The notes below the pieces were generated by a model. That model ran no database searches. It was given only the letters and a program-made list of their open reading frames with translations, and was not told where the DNA came from. A program made the translations under genes and the position numbers. From Vicinamibacteria bacterium (GTDB taxonomy: Bacteria > Acidobacteriota > Vicinamibacteria > Marinacidobacterales > Marinacidobacteraceae), in contig OZ219816.1 in assembly GCA_964291235.2 (NCBI GenBank), positions 1 to 64,000 of the forward strand: a stretch of DNA of 64,000 bases, given 5' to 3'. Of the stretch, positions 9,318 to 19,703 are shown piece by piece; the first letter of the stretch is position 1, and every line of letters starts with the position of its first letter.

Positions 9318-11735
9318 TCAGACCCGGAGCGCCTGGCTTGGAGGTACGCGAGCGGCTGCTCGGGCCGGCAACCAACTGGCGAGGAGCGCCACGCCGAAGA
9401 GCAGCGCCGCTACCCCAAGGGCAGCGGCCGGCGCGGGAAGCGCCATCCCCACGAGCAAATCGCGCACGAAGACCACCATCAGCACCATGAAAGGAGTCCC
9501 GATCAGGAAGCCCAGCAGGGCCAGCCCCACCGCCTCGCGCATCACCATGCGGAGCAGGGACCGCGGGGAAGCCCCGAACGCTCCTCGTACGCCGAACTCC
9601 CGGGTGCGCCGGGACACCGAGTAACGCGTGACTCCGTAGATGCCCGAACCGGCCAGCCCGAGCGCCAGGAGCCCGAAACCCACGAGGAGGGCGCTGACGG
9701 CGTCCAGCCCGACGCGGAACTCGGCGAGCATCTCGGGGAGGGGGCGCACGTTGGAGGTCGCGATGCCCCGGTCCACTCCGGCGATGGCCCGCCGGACGGC
9801 CTCTGCAAGGTTGCCCGGATCCACGGACGCGCGGGCCAGCCCGACGAACACGGGAGACGCATTCTGGGCGTAGGGAAGATACAAGACGCGCTCGCCCCCG
9901 AGCGTGGCGTCGAGGAAGGCGTCCTGTTTGATGCCTCCGGTGACCCCGACCACCTCGCGGATCTCTCCCGCCACTTCCAGACGTCGTCCGAGAGGATCCT
10001 CTCCCGGCCAGGCGGCCGACGCAAAGCCGGCGCTCACGAGGAGTACCCGGGGCGTTCCCGGGCGGTCGCCCGTCTCGAAGGCGCGGCCCTGCATCAGCGG
10101 GCTGCGCAGAGCCTCGAAATAGGCGGCGGAAGCGGCCACCACCGTGGCGGTCCGGGCCGGTTCATCCTCGCTCACCGCCTCACCGGGCAGCGTCCAGGGC
10201 AGCTTCGGCGAAAAGTAGGTGTAGGGAACATGATTCGTGAATCCCACGGCAGTGACCCCGGGGAGCTGGCGGATCGCCTCCTCGAGTCGCTCGGCGACAT
10301 CGGCCTGACTGTCAGATTCGGGATACCGGCGTTCGGGGAGGTTCACGGTGAACACCAGCAGCCCCTCGGGATCGAACCCGGGATCGGTGCTCGCCACGGT
10401 CTGGAAAGCCCGCATCAGCGATCCGGCGCCCCCGAGCAACACCAGGGCGAGCGCCAACTGCCCGACCACCAGTCCCTTGGCGACGAACCGGCGGCGACGG
10501 CCCTGTTCGCCGCCCCGCCCCTCCTCCGAGAGACCTCCCGAGAGAGCGGCGCGCGCAGCCTGGAGGGACGGTGCGAGACCGAAGGTCAGGGCTGCAATCA
10601 CGGTGACGAGCAGAGTGAAACCAACCACGCTCGCGTCCATCACCGGAAAGAAGTGCCGCGGCACCAGGTTCGTTCCCGACAGGCCCTGCCGCAGCAGGAA
10701 CACCAGACCCCAGGCGATCCCGACGCCCCCCAGGCCGCCCGCCCCGGCGAGCAGCGCGGACTCCAGCAGAAGTTGCCGGAGCACGCGGGAGGGAGTCGCC
10801 CCGACGGCCGCTCGGACCGCGATCTCTCCCCGGCGGTCCAGCGCCCCGGCGAGGAGCAGGTTGGCCAGGTTGGCGCAGGCAATCATCAGGATGAAGAAGA
10901 TCGTTCCCTGCAGCAGGTAGAACAACGTTTCGCGCGGCCCGTAGGTGAGAAGTTCGGCCAGGGTGAGCACCCGGACACCGAAACCGCGGTTCGTATCGGG
11001 GTAGGCCGCCGCGAGGCGGTCGTTCAGAACGTCCATCTCGCGCTGCGCGTCGGCACTCGACAGACCCGCCCGGAGCCGGCCGACCACCATGAGATCGCGG
11101 CGCTCCCGGCTCAGGACCGCGGGCGACAGCGCCATCGGCGTCCAGACCGCGACACCGGCCTGCAGGAATTCGAATCCGTCCTCGAGAACGCCGATCACCT
11201 CGTGCGGTTCGCCCTCGAGTTCGATCTGCGCCCCCACCAGGTCCGGATCGCTTCCCCACCGGTTCCGCCAGTGAAAATGGGACAGCACCGCGAGCCGCAG
11301 CCCCGCCGCGCCTTCTTCGGGCCGGAACACCCGTCCGAGATGCAGGCGGGCGCCGAGCAGCGGAAAGAACTCCGCCGTTACCTCGGCGCCGCTGATCGGC
11401 TCGGGCAGATCTCCCCCCGTGATGCTCATGGGGCGGATTCGCTGCGCGGCGAGCACCTCGAAGGATTCGGCGGTCCGCCGCCAGTCGTCGTAGTTCGCGG
11501 ACGCCACCGGAATGAGGTCGATCGCCGGATTCGCGGGATCGGTCTCCCAGATCACGATCACGCTGTCCGGATCCGGATAGGGCAGCGGCCGGAGCAGGAG
11601 GGCGTTCATAAACGAGAACTGCGCTCCGTTGCCGGCGATGGCAAGCGCCAGCGAGGCCGCCGCGAGTCCGGTGAGGAGCGGACGGCTGCGCAGCGAGCGG
11701 AGGGCGAAGCGCAGATCGGCGAGCCACGGGCTCAT
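9318..11735 (-). CDS. ADOP-type duplicated ABC permease (MacB/FtsX-like)
   Basis: DLRFALRSL, LLRPLPYPDPD, LMIACANLANLLLA, EIAVRAAVGA, GIYGV..YSVSRRTREFGVR and ASWLPARAAARV. No ATPase gene is adjacent. The ATG overlaps the selB stop (ATGA). Confidence 0.92.
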   Translation of the reverse strand: MSPWLADLRFALRSLRSRPLLTGLAAASLALAIAGNGAQFSFMNALLLRPLPYPDPDSVIVIWETDPANPAIDLIPVASANYDDWRRTAESFEVLAAQRIRPMSITGGDLPEPISGAEVTAEFFPLLGARLHLGRVFRPEEGAAGLRLAVLSHFHWRNRWGSDPDLVGAQIELEGEPHEVIGVLEDGFEFLQAGVAVWTPMALSPAVLSRERRDLMVVGRLRAGLSSADAQREMDVLNDRLAAAYPDTNRGFGVRVLTLAELLTYGPRETLFYLLQGTIFFILMIACANLANLLLAGALDRRGEIAVRAAVGATPSRVLRQLLLESALLAGAGGLGGVGIAWGLVFLLRQGLSGTNLVPRHFFPVMDASVVGFTLLVTVIAALTFGLAPSLQAARAALSGGLSEEGRGGEQGRRRRFVAKGLVVGQLALALVLLGGAGSLMRAFQTVASTDPGFDPEGLLVFTVNLPERRYPESDSQADVAERLEEAIRQLPGVTAVGFTNHVPYTYFSPKLPWTLPGEAVSEDEPARTATVVAASAAYFEALRSPLMQGRAFETGDRPGTPRVLLVSAGFASAAWPGEDPLGRRLEVAGEIREVVGVTGGIKQDAFLDATLGGERVLYLPYAQNASPVFVGLARASVDPGNLAEAVRRAIAGVDRGIATSNVRPLPEMLAEFRVGLDAVSALLVGFGLLALGLAGSGIYGVTRYSVSRRTREFGVRGAFGASPRSLLRMVMREAVGLALLGFLIGTPFMVLMVVFVRDLLVGMALPAPAAALGVAALLFGVALLASWLPARAAARVPPSQALRV

Positions 11736-13675
11736 GCGGGGGCGACCCCCGCCGGCACGGCGCGGATCCGGCGCAGGTTGCCCACCCGCACGGTCACCCT
11801 TTCCCGATCGAGCCACTCCAGCAGGGGAATCGCGTGTTTGCGGCTCAGGCCGAACTGCTGTTTGAACCAGGCGACATCGATCTCCGGGTTGATGGTGGCG
11901 CGCTCCGCGACGGCGCGCCGCAACTCCACGATCCGCCCGGCGTCGAAGTAGAGGTCGGGGCTGACGGCCACCGCCCGGCCTTCCCCAAGGAGCAGGCGCC
12001 GGAGGGCGTCCACCAGTTCCACCGGCGCTCCGAGCGACTTTGCCGCCTCCGCCGGGGTCGGGGGCGTGAACCCCTGATCGGCCAGCAGATCGGCCAAGGC
12101 ATCGAATACCCGCTGTTCGTCCTCCGTCAACTCGATGCGGCGGCCCGCCGTCGCCACGGTGTGCCGGGTGAGTTCCACGGCGCCGGCCGCCTGGAGGCGG
12201 GCCAGGACTCCGTCCGCTACCACCGCGGGAACGGCAGTCTGTTCCCGGAGCTGTTCGAGCGGCATCCCCGCGCGCAACCGGTTGGCTGCCTCCCAGGCGG
12301 CGAGCAGCGACCGGAGCCGGTTAGCGACCTCGCGCCCGCTGGACGGCGACAGCAGCGTCCGTCCCGCGCCGCCCGCGGGCGCCCGCTCCCCGCAGATCTC
12401 GATCTCACCAGCCGTGACAAGGCCCTGCACCAGCCGTCCGGCATCTTCTGCCCGGAGCCCGAGCCGCCGCCGCAACACCGCCTCGTCGAGACCGTGAACG
12501 CCGGCCTCATCCACGAAGGCCGCCGCCGCGCACGCCGCCGTCGCCCCGTCGAGCGCCGCCACCCGGCCGCGGGCCGCCGGGCTCCGCGGGGAGCGCTTCG
12601 GGGGCAGCGCATCGAGCACCGTCCCCCCGCCGATGGTGATCACCGGGGAGTAGCGCCGGATGATGAAGCGGTCCCCCCGCACCGCGGTCAACGGGACTTC
12701 CAGCCGCAGTTGCACGAGCCCCGAGGCGCCCGGAGCCAGCTCGGTCACCCCGCCGAGCAGCCGCACCCGCGCCAGCGCGGTGGCGGTCCCTAGGTGGAGA
12801 TGCACCCGGTCCTCGTCGCTCACCGCGCCGGCAGCCCAACCGAGCACCTCGAGGCGCGCATCCAGCATCCGGGTCGAGCCGAGTTCACCGGCCGCCGCGA
12901 GCACCGAACCCCTCTCGACCCGGAGTCGCCCGCCCGCGAGATTGAGGGCGACCCGCTGCCCCGCCTCGGCCGCCTCGACGGCGGCGCCGTGTACCTGGAG
13001 CCCGCGGACTCGGGCGCGTTCACCCCCCGGCAGAACTTCCACTTCCCGGCCTACCGAAACCTGACCCGACGCGAGCGTCCCGGTGACCACCGCGCCGAAC
13101 CCGCGCATGGTGAAAATGCGGTCCACCGGGAGCCGGAAGGGGCCCGAGGCGTCCCGGCCGGAGGCGGCGCCAGCCGCCGCCGCGAGCGCGCCGCGGAGCC
13201 CGTCGAGCCCCTCCCCCGTCTTCGAGGACACCGGAATCACCGGCGCTCCCGCCATCGCCGAACCCTGGAGCAGTTCGCGGACCTCGAGGGCCGCGATCTC
13301 GATGAACTCGGGATCCTCCACCAGGTCGATCCGCGTGAGGGCAACCACCGCGGCCCCGACGCCGAGCAGCCGGCAGATCTCGATGTGCTCGCGGGTCTGG
13401 GGCATCACGGACTCGTCGGCGGCCACCACCAGCATCACCACGTCGAAGCCGGACGCCCCGGCCAGCATGTTGCGGACGAAGCGTTCGTGACCCGGCACAT
13501 CCACGAAGGCGTAGTTGACGCCCGCGTGCGCGAGATTCGCGAAACCGAGGTCCACGGTGATGCCCCGGGCCTTCTCTTCCTTGAGACGGTCCGGATCCGT
13601 CCCGGTCAGCGCCAGCACCAGGGAACTCTTCCCGTGGTCGATGTGGCCGGCGGTACCGACCACTACGTTTCGCAT
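11732..13675 (-). CDS. selB: Selenocysteine-specific elongation factor
   Basis: [36 protein letters not shown] and a C-terminal winged helix [13 protein letters not shown]. Confidence 0.96.
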   Translation of the reverse strand: MRNVVVGTAGHIDHGKSSLVLALTGTDPDRLKEEKARGITVDLGFANLAHAGVNYAFVDVPGHERFVRNMLAGASGFDVVMLVVAADESVMPQTREHIEICRLLGVGAAVVALTRIDLVEDPEFIEIAALEVRELLQGSAMAGAPVIPVSSKTGEGLDGLRGALAAAAGAASGRDASGPFRLPVDRIFTMRGFGAVVTGTLASGQVSVGREVEVLPGGERARVRGLQVHGAAVEAAEAGQRVALNLAGGRLRVERGSVLAAAGELGSTRMLDARLEVLGWAAGAVSDEDRVHLHLGTATALARVRLLGGVTELAPGASGLVQLRLEVPLTAVRGDRFIIRRYSPVITIGGGTVLDALPPKRSPRSPAARGRVAALDGATAACAAAAFVDEAGVHGLDEAVLRRRLGLRAEDAGRLVQGLVTAGEIEICGERAPAGGAGRTLLSPSSGREVANRLRSLLAAWEAANRLRAGMPLEQLREQTAVPAVVADGVLARLQAAGAVELTRHTVATAGRRIELTEDEQRVFDALADLLADQGFTPPTPAEAAKSLGAPVELVDALRRLLLGEGRAVAVSPDLYFDAGRIVELRRAVAERATINPEIDVAWFKQQFGLSRKHAIPLLEWLDRERVTVRVGNLRRIRAVPAGVAPA

Positions 13676-13752
13676 CCCGGGAGTGTAGGAAACCCGACCT
13701 TTCCCGCTGTCACCGCGCGGAGGCCGGATAATGGCCCGCCCACACGTTCCCC

Positions 13753-14637
13753 TTGGAGGATCACGGCATGCGTTCCCCGATTTCGAAATCGCTTCTGCTC
13801 CACCTCGGCCTCGCGTTCCTGCTGCCCGCGGCGGCGTTCGCTCAGCAGGGCCCCGAGAACGGTTCCCTGGTCATCGTCGGCGGAGCGCTCCGCGACGAGG
13901 CGATCCTCGAGCGTTTCATCAGCCTCGCGGGAGGACCGGATGCGCCCATCGTGATCATTCCCACCGCCGGCGGTGGGGACGACTACGACCAGTGGTACGC
14001 CGGAGCCCGGCGTTTCCGCAATCTCGGCGTGACCAACATCACGGTCATCCACACCTGGGACCGCGAGGAAGCGGAGAGCGAGGAATTCGCGGCGCCGATC
14101 ACGACGGCGCGCGGCGTCTGGTTCCCGGGCGGGCGGCAGTGGCGGCTGGTGGACGCCTACGCCGACACCCGCACCGAGCGGGAACTGCACGCGCTGCTGG
14201 CCCGCGGCGGCGTGATCGGGGGATCCTCGGCCGGAGCCACGATCCAGGGCGAATACCTCGCCCGCGGGGATACCAGCGGCAACACCATCATGATGGGGGA
14301 CCACGAGGAGGGCTTCGGGTTCTTCCGGGGCACGGCGATCGACCAGCACCTGCTGGTGCGGAACCGCCATTTCGACCTCCTCGAAATCCTGGAGGCCCGT
14401 CCGGAACTGCTCGGGATCGGCATCGACGAGGACACCGCCATCGTGGTCCGGGGGAACGGCTTCGAGGTGATCGGACAGGGCTACGTCGCCATCTACGACA
14501 ACACGCGGGTGCTGCCGAACGGCGGAGGCTTCTACTTCCTGATGCCGGGAGACCGCTACAACATCGAGACCCGGGAGCCGCTCCGGCTCCAGTACGGCGA
14601 AGGCGCCTTCACCACCACCGTCAGGAAGAAGCGCTGA
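13753..14637 (+). CDS. Secreted cyanophycinase-like serine peptidase (S51)
   Basis: Signal peptide, GSLVIVGG, IVIIPTA, FPGGRQ, GGSSAGA (nucleophile Ser), IDQH and GIGIDEDTA. Confidence 0.88.
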   Translation: MEDHGMRSPISKSLLLHLGLAFLLPAAAFAQQGPENGSLVIVGGALRDEAILERFISLAGGPDAPIVIIPTAGGGDDYDQWYAGARRFRNLGVTNITVIHTWDREEAESEEFAAPITTARGVWFPGGRQWRLVDAYADTRTERELHALLARGGVIGGSSAGATIQGEYLARGDTSGNTIMMGDHEEGFGFFRGTAIDQHLLVRNRHFDLLEILEARPELLGIGIDEDTAIVVRGNGFEVIGQGYVAIYDNTRVLPNGGGFYFLMPGDRYNIETREPLRLQYGEGAFTTTVRKKR

Positions 14638-14686
14638 GGGCGATCCGGCGCCCTCATGGCGCAGGGTCGGGTGTGCCCGGCATTCC

Positions 14687-14724
14687 GTATTGCAAACGTC
14701 ACATATGCGTAATACGCTGTTCAT
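14687..14724 (+). promoter_or_regulatory. Pho-box-like array, four half-sites at 11-bp period
   Basis: GTATT (14687), GTCAC (14698), GTAAT (14709) and TTCAT (14720) in an AT-rich patch directly before ATG 14725. Confidence 0.55.
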
Positions 14725-15279
14725 ATGCAATGGCGACAGGCGATCCGGAACCGTTCGCTCCGTCACCGTGGACGGCCGGTGGCGGCGTGGGCGCTCGCGG
14801 TCAGCGCGCTCGCCTCGCCCGGGGCGGCGGACGAGGAACCCGAAGTCCTGCCCCGGAGCATCTACGTGCCGGTGCGGTTCGAAGTGGCGTCCTGTCTCAG
14901 GGACGTGGTGATCCGGACGGACGAGGGGGCGGTGCGCGCGGTAGCGCCGGGAAGACTGGTCAGCCAGTTCACTTTCTACGATTCCCGGCCCGGAGCGACC
15001 CCGGAATGGGAACGGCTCACCGTGGAAGGCTGGATTGACGGAACCCGGAGCGCGAGCGGCGATCCGGAGCGGTTCCGCGCCAGGATCGTGATCACCCCCG
15101 CGAGCATCTACGTCGGCCGGAAGCGCCTCGACCTGGAACTCGAGGACCACTTGGACGGGTTCCGCTGGCGGACCGACCTGCGGTTTCCCGAGCGGGTTCT
15201 CCGGCTCCGCCCCGCCGGCGAATGTGACGAAAATGTTACAACGGCTGCCCATCCCCGGCGGCCGCCGGCTGGATCCTGA
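14725..15279 (+). CDS. Hypothetical exported protein
   Basis: 184-aa ORF with a signal-like stretch (VAAWALAVSALASPGAA) and GC-biased codons. No family recognised. Confidence 0.6.
   Translation: MQWRQAIRNRSLRHRGRPVAAWALAVSALASPGAADEEPEVLPRSIYVPVRFEVASCLRDVVIRTDEGAVRAVAPGRLVSQFTFYDSRPGATPEWERLTVEGWIDGTRSASGDPERFRARIVITPASIYVGRKRLDLELEDHLDGFRWRTDLRFPERVLRLRPAGECDENVTTAAHPRRPPAGS
15223..15240 (-). promoter_or_regulatory. Pho-box-like direct repeat (GTAAC-N6-GTCAC)
   Basis: Minus strand TGTAACATTTTCGTCACA, overlapping the apaH stop. Confidence 0.4.
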
Positions 15280-16063
15280 GCTCGCCGTCTTCGAGGCGAA
15301 GCGCCGTCAGCGAGGCGTTCCAGACGCAGCCCGAATCGAGGCAGATCGCCCGCTCGGACACCATGAGGCCGAGGGCCGCCCAGTGGCCAAAGAGCACGGT
15401 CAGCTCGTCCGGGAGGGATAGGCGTTCGAACCACGGACGGTGGCCCGGCGGAATGGCTTCGGGAACGCCGTCGAAGTCGAACGCCGGCTGTCCGGCCGCG
15501 TCCACGATACGGATGCGGGTCAGGATGGACGCCGCCGTCACCGCCTCGCTGAACCCGGTCGCAGATCGCTGGCCGGCGTCCTCGACACGGTCCCCGCGGA
15601 GCGAATAGAGCTCCCGGAGAAAACCGGCGCGGTCCCGAGCCAGCGCCCGGCTGGCGGCCTTTCCTCCGGACTCGACCTGCGGGAGGCCCCACCCGGGCGT
15701 AACCCCGGCGTGGACGAGGAGGTAGCCAGCCTCCACGTGGACGAAGGGGAGTTCCGCTACCCAGTCACAGAGTTCGTCCGCGTCGGGAGCCCCGAGCACG
15801 GGAGTGAGCGTGTCGCCACGCCGTGCGGGGACTATGCCTTCACGCTGGGCCAGCAGATGCAGGTCGTGGTTTCCGAGCACGCACACCAGCGAGTCCCGGT
15901 GCCGGTACGCCCAGCGCAGCATGCCGAGCGAATCGGGCCCCCGGTTGACCAGGTCCCCGACGAACCACATCCGGTCCCGTCCGGGCCGGAATTCCAGGCG
16001 GTCCAGGAGCGCCTGGAACGTGCTAAAACACCCCTGCACATCGCCGACGACCCAGGTTGCCAC
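15236..16063 (-). CDS. apaH: Symmetrical bis(5'-nucleosyl)-tetraphosphatase
   Basis: VGDVQGC, VGDLVNRGPDSL, LGNHDLHLL, VHAG, FGHWAALG and LDSGCVW. Confidence 0.95.
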   Translation of the reverse strand: MATWVVGDVQGCFSTFQALLDRLEFRPGRDRMWFVGDLVNRGPDSLGMLRWAYRHRDSLVCVLGNHDLHLLAQREGIVPARRGDTLTPVLGAPDADELCDWVAELPFVHVEAGYLLVHAGVTPGWGLPQVESGGKAASRALARDRAGFLRELYSLRGDRVEDAGQRSATGFSEAVTAASILTRIRIVDAAGQPAFDFDGVPEAIPPGHRPWFERLSLPDELTVLFGHWAALGLMVSERAICLDSGCVWNASLTALRLEDGELRIQPAAAGDGQPL

Positions 16064-16200
16064 AGGGCCGGGATGCTAATGCGGGAACCGGCCCTTCAAC
16101 TCCCGGAAAGGATGTTTGACGCCATGAACAGGGGAAGCGGCGCGAGTCGGCGGGCTGTCCGGCCGACCGGCCTGGACGGGGACTGCCACCGGCCCCGGGC

Positions 16201-17712
16201 ATGACCGCGAGACGAAATCTCCCGATCGGCCTCTTCGCCGCCGTCGACCTCGGTTCCCGGAGCTTCCACGTCACCGTGGCTCGCGTCCACGGCGAGAACA
16301 CGGAGGTGGTGGACCGGGTGAAGGAGCCGGTGCGGCTCGCCGCCGGGATCCGGGACAAGGCCATCGAACCCGCTACCTGGCGGCGGGCGGAAGCCGCGCT
16401 GGCCCGCATCGGGGAACGCATCCGGGACATTCCCCCGGGCCAGGCGCGCGCCGTCGGGACGAACGCGTTCCGCCAGGTGAAGAACCGCAAGGCGCTCCTT
16501 GGCAAGGCGGCGGAAGCACTCGGACACCGCGTCGAGGTCATCTCCGGTGCGGAAGAGGCCCGGCTCATCTACTTCGGGGTCAGTCACCTGCTCCCTGACG
16601 AGAATGGCCGGCGGCTGGTCGTGGACATCGGTGGCGGAAGTACCGAACTCGTGATCGGACAGGGACACGAAGCACTGCGCGCGGCGAGCCTCTACATGGG
16701 GTGCGTTTCCTATACCCGCCACTTCTTTCCGGGCGGCGTCATCACGAAACAGGCGTTCGCGGCCGCGGAAACCGAGGTCCGCCGCGAACTCGAAACCGTG
16801 GAGGAGGGATTCCTGGGGCTCGGCTGGTCCAGCGCCTTCGGTTCCTCGGGAACCGTGTTAGCCGCCGCGGAACTCCTGCGTCCAAACGGCGGCCTCACCC
16901 GCCCGGGTCTCAAGGGGCTCCGAAACCGGATGATCCGCGCCTCCCACGTCGAGGCGCTGGCCGAGGGACCGGACGCCATCCCTGGCTTTCCGGCCGACCG
17001 CGCCTGGGATTTTCCGGGTGGCGTCGCCATCCTCCGCGCGGCCATGAAGAGCCTGGACATAGAGCGGATCGAACCCGCCGAGGGAGCGCTGCGCGAGGGC
17101 GTGCTCTTCGACCTGATCGGCCGGCGGCGGCGACAGGACGTTCGGGAAGCCACTATCCGCAATCTGGTGACCCAGTACCGGGTGGACAGCGAACAGGCGG
17201 AGCGGGTGAAGGCCACCGCGCTCGTCGGCCTCCGGCAGCTCCGGGAGTCGTGGGGACTCGAGCGCGAGTCGCACGAACGCTTCCTGCGCTGGGCCGCCGA
17301 CCTCCACGAGGTAGGACTCTCGGTCTCGTTCAGCGGGTACCACCGCCACGGCGCCTATATCGTGAGGAACTCGGAAATGCCGGGGTTCTCGCGGGACGAC
17401 CAGGAACTGCTGGCGGCGCTGATCGAGACCCACCGCCAGAAGCTCCGCTACGGGCGTTTCGACGAAATGACGGCGGCCGATGCGGTCACCACGGGCCGAC
17501 TGGCAGCCATCCTGCGCATCGCCGTGCTCCTCTGCCGCCGGCGGAGCCGGGAACCCCTGCCCCTGATCGAAGCCGCGGCCGAAGACGGCCGGCTCGACCT
17601 TGCCTTCCCGCCCGGGTGGCTCGACCACCATCCCCTGACCCGCGCCGGGATCGCCCAGGAGGCGGAGGAACTGGCCGCGATCGGACTCGAGCTGAGGGTC
17701 CGGGACCCGTAG
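16201..17712 (+). CDS. ppx: Exopolyphosphatase Ppx/GppA with HD-like C-terminal domain
   Basis: AAVDLGSRSFH, VISGAEEARLIY, VDIGGGSTE, GALREGVL and LHEVGLSV..HRHGAY. Confidence 0.93.
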   Translation: MTARRNLPIGLFAAVDLGSRSFHVTVARVHGENTEVVDRVKEPVRLAAGIRDKAIEPATWRRAEAALARIGERIRDIPPGQARAVGTNAFRQVKNRKALLGKAAEALGHRVEVISGAEEARLIYFGVSHLLPDENGRRLVVDIGGGSTELVIGQGHEALRAASLYMGCVSYTRHFFPGGVITKQAFAAAETEVRRELETVEEGFLGLGWSSAFGSSGTVLAAAELLRPNGGLTRPGLKGLRNRMIRASHVEALAEGPDAIPGFPADRAWDFPGGVAILRAAMKSLDIERIEPAEGALREGVLFDLIGRRRRQDVREATIRNLVTQYRVDSEQAERVKATALVGLRQLRESWGLERESHERFLRWAADLHEVGLSVSFSGYHRHGAYIVRNSEMPGFSRDDQELLAALIETHRQKLRYGRFDEMTAADAVTTGRLAAILRIAVLLCRRRSREPLPLIEAAAEDGRLDLAFPPGWLDHHPLTRAGIAQEAEELAAIGLELRVRDP

Positions 17713-17725
17713 CGGGCCTGGCCCT

Positions 17726-18331
17726 TCAGTCCGTAACGAAGCTGAAGATCTGGTAGCGGCCGCCCTGCTCGAGCATGGACCCGAAAATCCTGACCGCGCC
17801 GCGTTCGCCGCTCGGAGCCCGGACGCTGAGCACCGTCTCCCGGTGGATCCGAAAGGGTCCGTAGTCCGTCGTCTCACCCACGAAATCCACGGCAATCAAC
17901 TCGTAGCGCCGTCCGCCGTAGCGGTCGAGGGTGTAGGCCAGCGAACTGCGGCTGCGCTGATGGAGCATTTCCCACAGGAATTCGGCCGAGGTGTTCCGTT
18001 CCGGACGGGCGGCCGGCAGCCGGGGATAGACGGCTTCGCGGAAGTCGGCCTCCTGGAGGGCGAGCTGCGACAGGCCCTCGGCGTCACCCTCGGCTACGAG
18101 TTCCAGCGCCTGACGCGCCGCTTCTTCCGGTGCATCGAAGAGGACGCCACCGACCGGCGGGGTTACGAGGTCTCTGGTGGCGGGAAGCGCCTCCGGCGCG
18201 CCGGCAAGCTCCGCCGGCGCCGGCGCATCGCTCAGTCCACACCCGGAAACGAGGAGGGCGGTCGCCGCCAGGACGGCCGCTGCTCGTGGGAACGTGGGGC
18301 CGCACCGAAAGCGGCGCGGCCCGGTGTTCAC
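17726..18331 (-). CDS. Hypothetical lipoprotein
   Basis: Lipobox-like LLVSGC. Last gene of the TBDR-lipoprotein run. Confidence 0.7.
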   Translation of the reverse strand: MNTGPRRFRCGPTFPRAAAVLAATALLVSGCGLSDAPAPAELAGAPEALPATRDLVTPPVGGVLFDAPEEAARQALELVAEGDAEGLSQLALQEADFREAVYPRLPAARPERNTSAEFLWEMLHQRSRSSLAYTLDRYGGRRYELIAVDFVGETTDYGPFRIHRETVLSVRAPSGERGAVRIFGSMLEQGGRYQIFSFVTD

Positions 18332-18344
18332 TGCGCGCAGGGGG

Positions 18345-19703
18345 TCAGTTCTGGGCGAAGGTGGTCCAGCCCATGAACCAATCGTCGTCGGGGCCGCAGG
18401 CGCCCGCGTAGGTGACCGGATCGAAGAACCCGTCCGCCGGCGGAACGGCCACGCCGGCGCCGATGAGCGCCGGGGAACCGGCCATGGGGCGGCAGTCGAG
18501 CGCTTCGTGGTTGTAGGGATCCGCCAGCATCGGGTCCACCTCGACGAGAAGGGTGGAGGCGGCCGCGAAGTCCTGGGTGGAGAAGGTGGGCGCCGGGTCC
18601 TCCCCGGCGTCGTCGTCGAAGCTGCCCTCGAGGTTGTTGTAGAAGATCGAGTTCTTCACGACCAGCGTTCCGTCCCGGGCCAGGGCGTAGGTGGCGGCGT
18701 TGTCGATGTCCAATCCGGTCTCCTTGAAGCCGATCACGATGGAGTTCGCGATCTCGGCCGAGGTTCCCTCCCGGAGCAGGATGCCGATGTCGCTCTCGTC
18801 CCCCTGGTCCGTGTTCGGGTCGCCGATCAGAGTGAGGTTGTAGAGCGTCGGGCTGGAGCGCGGGGTGAGGTCGTTGTTCTCGCCGTTGTTGTCGGCTTCG
18901 ATCCCCTGGTCGGCGTCGTCACCGCGTTGCTGGGCGATCCAGAACTGGCCGCGGCCGGTCCAACCGTCGGTCCAGTCGAAGCTGTCGTCGGCGATGCCGG
19001 TGCAGATAACGTGCTTCGCATCCACGGTGCCGCCGAAGAACTCGACGCCGTCGTCCTTGTTGAAGTGCACCTGGACGTAGTCCACTTCCGTGCCGTTGCC
19101 GACGCCCTGGAAAGCGATTCCGTTCAACTCGTTGTCGGGGCTGAACTCGGTGCCGGCGAACTCGACGCGCACGTAGTTGAGGACGCCGCTGCTGTCGGCG
19201 GGATTGTCGCCGCCGTAGGCGCCGGTGTCTCCCTCACCTTCACCTTCGCCGCCGGGAATGTTCAGGGGAGCGTTCCCGTTGATGATGAGCCCTCCCCAGT
19301 CGCCCCGGGCGCGCTCTCCGTCTGCCTGGTCGCTCGTCATGACGATTGGCGCATCCGCGGTACCCATGGCCATCAGCGTGCCGCCGCGCTCCACGACGAG
19401 CGTGCCGTTCGTGGCGCTGTCGCCGTATATCCGGGTGCCGGCCTCGATCGTCAGCGTGACGCCCTCAGGCACGAAGACCGCCCCCTTGAGGATGACTTCG
19501 GTAGCGGCCACCCAGGTGGTGTCCTCGGTGATCTCGCCTTCCACCTCCATGGTGGCCGGCGGTTCCGCTGGCTCAGGCGACGGCGCTGGAGCGGGTGCCG
19601 GGGCGGGCGCCGGCGTGGTGCTGGTTCCTCCATCGTCGCAGGCAGCGAGACCGAGCAGGGACGCTGCCAGGAGGACGGCAAGAACGGCGAGTTGTGTGCG
19701 CAT
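18345..19703 (-). CDS. Acidic lipoprotein with probable parallel beta-helix, TBDR-associated
   Basis: Lipobox LGLAAC, Pro/Ala linker, TLTIEAGT, GTADAPIVMTS, GDWGGLIING, SGVLNYVRVEFAG, DDGVEFFGG and DDSFDW. Strong RBS AAGGAGG. Confidence 0.85.
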   Translation of the reverse strand: MRTQLAVLAVLLAASLLGLAACDDGGTSTTPAPAPAPAPAPSPEPAEPPATMEVEGEITEDTTWVAATEVILKGAVFVPEGVTLTIEAGTRIYGDSATNGTLVVERGGTLMAMGTADAPIVMTSDQADGERARGDWGGLIINGNAPLNIPGGEGEGEGDTGAYGGDNPADSSGVLNYVRVEFAGTEFSPDNELNGIAFQGVGNGTEVDYVQVHFNKDDGVEFFGGTVDAKHVICTGIADDSFDWTDGWTGRGQFWIAQQRGDDADQGIEADNNGENNDLTPRSSPTLYNLTLIGDPNTDQGDESDIGILLREGTSAEIANSIVIGFKETGLDIDNAATYALARDGTLVVKNSIFYNNLEGSFDDDAGEDPAPTFSTQDFAAASTLLVEVDPMLADPYNHEALDCRPMAGSPALIGAGVAVPPADGFFDPVTYAGACGPDDDWFMGWTTFAQN

